From Shewanella sp. (GTDB lineage Bacteria > Pseudomonadota > Gammaproteobacteria > Enterobacterales > Shewanellaceae): DNA of 64,000 nucleotides. Positions 58,995-64,000 of this stretch are shown here, in pieces. A model generated the notes under the pieces. The model ran no database searches. It was given only the letters and a program-made list of their open reading frames with translations, and was not told the origin of the DNA. The stretch's first letter is position 1, and the number at the start of each line of letters is the position of its first letter. Both the position numbers and the translations under genes were made by a program. The stretch spans positions 3,609-67,608 of the forward strand of contig NZ_JABSSM010000023.1 in the NCBI RefSeq assembly GCF_013214165.1. Direction: 5' to 3'.

Positions 58995-60422
58995 ATGAAG
59001 ACAGAGATAAATATTGTATGGTTTGAGCAGGACTTGCGCCTAAGTAATAACCCTGCACTTGCCGCGTCGATAAACCAAGCGAGTATTTTACCTATCTACA
59101 TACTCGATAATGAGAATGCAGGAGAATACCAGCTTGGAGGCGCGAGCCGTTGGTGGTTGCACCATTCGTTAACAGCTCTTAACAGCGCCTTGAACGGCAA
59201 GATGAATTTTTATGAGGGAGACCCAGCCTCCATAATTGCAGATTTATGTCGCCGATTTACTGTGACCGGAATTTATTGGAATCGGCGTTATGAACCTTGG
59301 CGAGTGTCTCGAGATAAAAAAATAAAACAACAATTATTGGCTCAAAGTATTCATGCACAAAGCTTTAACGGCTCATTACTGAACGAACCTTGGACAATAC
59401 TGAAACAAGACAACACGCCATATAAAGTGTTCACACCTTACTACCGTCAGGCGAATAAGATGGGCTGTGATACTGCTATTTTACCTGAGCCTCAGTTACC
59501 TGGATCATTTCACACAGATAACCAGGCTATCACCTTAGATGCATTGTCATTACTGTCCCCAAAAGCCTGGGACGCTAACGTTGACGATTGCTGGACTCCT
59601 GGCGAATTGGGCGCGCAATCATCACTGCATAAATTCTTAAATAATGGATTAGAAAACTACCGCGAGGGCCGTGACTTTCCAGCCCTAAAAGCCGTATCAA
59701 GCCTATCCCCGCACCTGCATTTTGGTGAGATTTCACCGAGTCAGATAAACAAGGCCCTACTAACGGCCCCAGATGATAACAACCGAGAACACTTTAAACG
59801 GGAATTGTGTTGGCGAGAGTTTTCGTATTATTTATTATTTCATCGGCCAGAGTTACCCACTGAAAATTTGAAAGCTAATTTTAATCATTTCCCTTGGGAT
59901 GACAATCCGGATAGGTTGGCACGTTGGCAACAAGGCCTCACAGGATATCCTATCGTTGACGCGGGCATGCGTGAACTATTGCAAACGGGATTTATGCATA
60001 ACCGTGTTCGCATGATCACAGCATCATTTCTGGTCAAAAATTTACTTATAGATTGGCGTTTGGGAGCCCGCTGGTTTTGGGACTGCCTCGTAGATGCCGA
60101 CCTAGCGAGCAACAGTGTGAGTTGGCAATGGATCGCAGGTTGTGGCACTGACGCAGCACCTTACTTCAGAATTTTTAATCCCATCACCCAGGGTGAAAAA
60201 TTTGATGCTAAAGGCCGGTATACCAAAGCTTATCTTCCAGAGCTACATGGCTTGCCGACTCAATACTTATTTCGGCCTTGGGAAGCGCCTCCAGCAATAT
60301 TAAAAAAAGCTAATATCACATTGGGTCAAACCTACCCGTTCCCCATCGTCGATATTAAACAGAGCCGAGCAAAAGCATTAAGCGCCTATGATCGGACAAA
60401 ACACGTACACGACAATCACTAA
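58995..60422 (+). CDS. phrB: Deoxyribodipyrimidine photolyase
   Basis: DLRLSNNPAL, SLSPHLHFGEIS, TGYPIVDAGMREL, MHNRVRM, PYFRIFNP. Confidence 0.96.
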   Translation: MKTEINIVWFEQDLRLSNNPALAASINQASILPIYILDNENAGEYQLGGASRWWLHHSLTALNSALNGKMNFYEGDPASIIADLCRRFTVTGIYWNRRYEPWRVSRDKKIKQQLLAQSIHAQSFNGSLLNEPWTILKQDNTPYKVFTPYYRQANKMGCDTAILPEPQLPGSFHTDNQAITLDALSLLSPKAWDANVDDCWTPGELGAQSSLHKFLNNGLENYREGRDFPALKAVSSLSPHLHFGEISPSQINKALLTAPDDNNREHFKRELCWREFSYYLLFHRPELPTENLKANFNHFPWDDNPDRLARWQQGLTGYPIVDAGMRELLQTGFMHNRVRMITASFLVKNLLIDWRLGARWFWDCLVDADLASNSVSWQWIAGCGTDAAPYFRIFNPITQGEKFDAKGRYTKAYLPELHGLPTQYLFRPWEAPPAILKKANITLGQTYPFPIVDIKQSRAKALSAYDRTKHVHDNH

Positions 60423-60454
60423 AACGAAATATAGCCACAACGAAATATAGCCAC
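60423..60454. repeat. 16-bp tandem duplication at downstream end of Y1 transposase element
   Basis: AACGAAATATAGCCAC x2, running into GCCACCCAT. Confidence 0.85.
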
Positions 60455-60655
60455 CCATTGCTAATCAATAACATATCAAGTCTAGAGCATAAACAATCAA
60501 TAATATTTACCCAAAAACCCATTCGCATAGGGGAATGACATATTCAAAGTCATCATTGCTGTAAAAAGAGGATTTAATGGGGGAAATGAGGAAATTTAAA
60601 CGGCACTATTTAACCCAATTTATATTGAGCTCGTTATCAAAAGAAATGATTGGAA

Positions 60656-61636
60656 CTATTCGCCAGCTTGAAAATACTGACAACAGCTAGAGAAATGCCG
60701 TCGTCGTTTCTCTAAATGATCACAGTAGCTGGTGAGTTCTTGCAGTGTCCCCACTGGCCCATGAAATAACTTGCCAAATTCTGAGATGATTCTGATCCAT
60801 ATATCACTGGGAATATTTAATCTGGTTAATATCTTAGCCGTATTCGAAGAGATAGCACCTCGTTTATCATTACGAATTATTCGGCCAGTTTCATCGACTA
60901 ATTCAAGGTACTCTTTTAGTGAGAAGTTGATGCCTTTAGGTTGGTTTAGGCATTCATTGCCAATAAAAGGCAGCAGTCTTTTTGGTTGTTTGCCTTTTAA
61001 AGCCGCTTTTACTCGTAATTTAAGACTGGTGTAATCTGACTGTTCTGGCGTATCAGCCATTTTGGCTCGAATAGGATTAAGGTCTACATAGGCCATACAG
61101 GCCAGCACTGCCGCTTCATCGAGCAGGGCTTGTGACTTGAACCTACCCTCCCAGAAGTGACCCGTACAATTATCCTCGATATTGGCTTTTCTAGCTATGG
61201 GCTCGTTTAATGCCCGCATAAACCAACTTATGTCACTTAATCGACTGCGATACTGGGCTATTGAATGTTTGAGGGCGGTGATTTCATCGCTTTCTATTAT
61301 TTCACCTTGCACAAATTTTTGAGTGATTTCAGTCCCTTTAAACAGTTGATGCCAATGCTCAATAACCTCTCTGTCAGTCCAACGATTAGACTGATAAATA
61401 TCAACATTCAACACAAGGTGTAAATGGTTAGACATCACTGCATAGGCTGCAACATCGATGGCAAAAGCACTGGTTAATGTCAGCAGTTGTGATTCAACCC
61501 AGGCACGTCGATGGTCGTAGTTTTTTCCTGTAAGATTATCATCTCCCATCAACAATGCACGCCGGCAAACACGTGAGCAGCAATGGTACCAGGAAGTGTC
61601 TTCAATACTGATTTGAGTTCTTCTGGGACGCGGCAT
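60656..61636 (-). mobile_element. HUH/Y1 transposase (IS200/IS605 superfamily, RAYT-like long form)
   Basis: YHCCSRVCRR, YAVMSNHLHLVL (HUH), FWEGRFKSQAL, CMAYVDLNPIRA. Confidence 0.9.
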
Positions 61637-61670
61637 AACGGCTCTCCTACTATAACCAATAATTAAAGCT

Positions 61671-61803
61671 TAGTAGGAGAACAAATTTTTAGCCATTGAC
61701 TATGGCTGGCACCATTAATACTCATAGTAGGAGAACAAATTTTTAGCCATTGACTATGGCTGGCACCATTAATACTCCTCGCTGGCACCATTAATACTCC
61801 CTC
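61671..61803. repeat. Nested tandem duplications at upstream end of Y1 transposase element
   Basis: 53-bp unit at 61671-61723 and 61725-61777 (contains hairpin AGCCAT-TGACT-ATGGCT), plus 22-23-bp GCTGGCACCATTAATACTCC(C)TC duplicated at 61759-61803. Confidence 0.92.
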
Positions 61804-62430
61804 GTGAACGAAGTCAAACCGCTGATTGCAGACTTTTTAGAAAAAAGGGGGTTAACACTGTCTGAAGAGAAAACGCAGGTCACTCATATTAATGATGGAT
61901 TTGACTTTTTAGGGTTCAACCTCAGAAAGTACAACGGAAAGTTACTCATTAAGCCGAGTAAATCCAACGTTCTATTATTTTTGAGTCACATGCGAACGCT
62001 CATCAAGAAACACGCAACCCTACCAGTCAATGACCTCATCAAATTGGTGAATCCTAAACTGCGAGGTTGGGCGAACTACTATCGCCATTGTGTTGCCAAA
62101 CAAACTTTCAACTATATAGGTCACAAACTATTCCAGACGCTATGGCATTGGGCAGTAAGGCGTCACCCCACGAAAGCGAGAAGGTGGGTCGCCCTAAAAT
62201 ATTTCATCAACCGTAAAGGCCAATGGCAGTTTCACGGATGGAAGAAAATAGCGAACATGGATTGTCAGTTCAATCTTGTTCAAATTGCTCAAACACCAAT
62301 TAAAAGACATGTAAAAATCCGAAGTGCAGCAACCCCTTATGATCCTGAATTTGCGGGCTATCTTAGTCAGCGGAAACAGCCAGAAGCATGCCGTAACTCG
62401 TGGTCAGAACCTGTCCAAACTGCTTTTTAA
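61804..62430 (+). pseudogene. Group II intron reverse transcriptase/maturase, C-terminal fragment
   Basis: FLEKRGLTLSEEKT, GFDFLGFN, NPKLRGWANYY; YADD and RT0-4 absent. Confidence 0.92.
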
Positions 62431-62466
62431 GTTGCTGGGTATCTAACGGTGCTTTAGCGGAGGCTT

Positions 62467-62541
62467 GAGCCTAGTGCAGTGAAAGTTGCACGCTGGGTTC
62501 TTAGGAGGGCGGCACTTGGTAACAAGTGTCGTCTATCCGAC
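62467..62541 (+). ncRNA. Group II intron domains V and VI, 3' splice site
   Basis: DV GAGCCTAGTGCAGTGAAAGTTGCACGCTGGGTTC; DVI hairpin GGCACTTG-GTAA-CAAGTGTC ending CTATCCGAC. Confidence 0.92.
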
Positions 62542-62640
62542 ATTACTTTGATCAATATTGAGGGGAATGAGGATAAATAAAATGGCTTCTGTAACCGAAT
62601 TACACAAGCCATTTTGATGCCAAACTATGAGTTAAATTTG

Positions 62641-62698
62641 TCAGGCTATCTATTTATCAGACTATCTATTTATCAGACTATCTATTTATCAGACTATC
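62641..62698. repeat. 16-bp tandem repeat, about 3.6 copies
   Basis: TCAG(A/G)CTATCTATTTA units. Confidence 0.9.
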
Positions 62699-62752
62699 GC
62701 TGCATCAAAGGCTGCGGCGACATGATGCCAATGTATGGGTTGGGTACTCTAC

Positions 62753-63427
62753 TTAAGCGAAGAAGAGGCGCCATAACCAGGATGAGTCGAGATCTTCCTT
62801 ACAGGTCCGGTATTGTGCGGCATAGCGCTTAGATCTGGCATCGACCTTGCCGGCCACTTTTACCAGCCAGGCTTTCTGGTTATAAGATTTTCGCTTATAA
62901 CCGCCCCAGCCTTCGTGGTAATTTAGATACTGATTCCTGGCATCCCACTTAGAGACGCCATTTATTTTATGAGTCTTGTAGATAAACCAGCCCATAAAGT
63001 CCATGGCATCATCGAAATTGCTGCGGCTGGACCAGGTATTACCCGTCTCCTTAACATAGTCATCCCAGGTCATGGTCTTAGCCTGAGCATAACCATAGGC
63101 ATCACTGGCACGTCCAATGGGAATGAAGCCGAGAAAGTACTCCATAGGGGGCGCTGCATTGTGCTTAAAAGAGCTCTCCTGATACATCATAGCCAGGGGG
63201 ATATGGACTGGCACACCCCACTTCTCTTGGGTTTTCTGTGCCGCGCTATACCAGGAGCGATTTTCTTGATAGATGGAGCATAAGTTCTCAGGGTTTTGTG
63301 GCGGGGCCGTGGCGCAACCTGAGAGTAATAATGCCAAAAAGGCTGCTGTTAAAGCCGAAAATCCTTTCATCATTGCGGATACCATGTGTAATACTAACTG
63401 GAATAAGTAAGTCGTGAACTTAATCAA
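62753..63427 (-). CDS. Conserved lipoprotein, transglycosylase SLT-like (start probably MMKGFS)
   Basis: Lipobox LSGC; YQESSF, AYGYAQA, YLNYHEGWGGY. Confidence 0.8.
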   Translation of the reverse strand: MIKFTTYLFQLVLHMVSAMMKGFSALTAAFLALLLSGCATAPPQNPENLCSIYQENRSWYSAAQKTQEKWGVPVHIPLAMMYQESSFKHNAAPPMEYFLGFIPIGRASDAYGYAQAKTMTWDDYVKETGNTWSSRSNFDDAMDFMGWFIYKTHKINGVSKWDARNQYLNYHEGWGGYKRKSYNQKAWLVKVAGKVDARSKRYAAQYRTCKEDLDSSWLWRLFFA

Positions 63428-63506
63428 AACGTTAGTGTCACACCCTTAGGTTAAAGAAGCAAACAAGCTGGCTTAAAAGTATCGAACATTCACTCTATAT
63501 CGCCAG

Positions 63507-63929
63507 CTAATTGACGGGTAATGTACACTCATGCGCTTCTTCAAGCCAGATCACCGGCTGCCAAAAACCTGAGTCATTGCCGCGGTAGCGCTTGTCGGTA
63601 TTAAATTTAGCCGCAAAATGATATCTGCGATTGGACTCGACTCTGATCACTAAATCTTTAGGCGTTCTGGCGGCTAGCTTCACCTTCAGAGATGGCGCAC
63701 TGATCAACTCGGCAAAGGTAAAGGTATGTTCGCCGGGTGAGAGCCGGTAATTGGGTTTAGAGATGACAGGCTTGCCGTCTAGGTGAGTCACGACGGTTCG
63801 ATAGAGATCTTGACTCAAATCGGGGTCGAGATAACCCGAGACCACACCACATCTAAGACTATCATCTGGCGGTGAGGCACAGCCAAAAAGCAAGATAAGC
63901 ATGGAACATAGCACCAGTAATGGTTTCAA
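63507..63929 (-). CDS. Hypothetical lipoprotein
   Basis: Lipobox LFGC; 140 aa. Confidence 0.75.
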   Translation of the reverse strand: MKPLLVLCSMLILLFGCASPPDDSLRCGVVSGYLDPDLSQDLYRTVVTHLDGKPVISKPNYRLSPGEHTFTFAELISAPSLKVKLAARTPKDLVIRVESNRRYHFAAKFNTDKRYRGNDSGFWQPVIWLEEAHECTLPVN

Positions 63930-64000
63930 ATCTTCACTCTCAACGGAAAAGGTTTATCTAAGCCATCATTAAAATATCGGCTGATAGATCTAACCACAGG

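Noticed and set aside
61804-62430. RT fragment as part of a CRISPR-RT, retron or other RT defence system
   Set aside because: Followed by canonical group II intron DV/DVI, lacks the catalytic YADD, and is over 50 kb from cas1

Overview
Chromosomal window of a Shewanella-like gammaproteobacterium (inferred from gene content and protein similarity, not from a database search). 1-9.6 kb: a type I-F CRISPR-Cas locus on the minus strand, comprising a CapW-like WYL regulator, cas1, cas2-3, csy1, the start of csy2, a 23-repeat array with leader, and an orphan repeat. The main finding is in the cas1/cas2-3 intergenic gap. It holds an oppositely oriented two-repeat mini-array (5082-5158) with its own sigma70 promoter. 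Its 21-nt spacer matches 19/21 a CC-PAM-flanked site about 50 bp upstream (5013-5033), and that site contains a perfect TTGACA -35 box facing a 55-codon rare-codon-rich ORF and the cas2-3/csy operon. This looks like an RNA-guided Cascade autoregulation or toxin-antitoxin (CreR/CreTA-like) module. The rest is mostly ordinary: pyrBI, ohr, an SBP-hybrid kinase-diguanylate cyclase operon, a pilin, LruC, two PepSY iron clusters (one beside a TonB receptor remnant), fadE, an rsgA paralogue, transporters, hpf, a tricorn-like protease, a VWA-ECF-antisigma trio, purE and a MerR/photolyase cluster. The right end carries mobile debris (IS3 remnant, Y1 transposase with duplicated ends, 5'-truncated group II intron). 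Two genes carry diverged copies of their own 3' ends just downstream.
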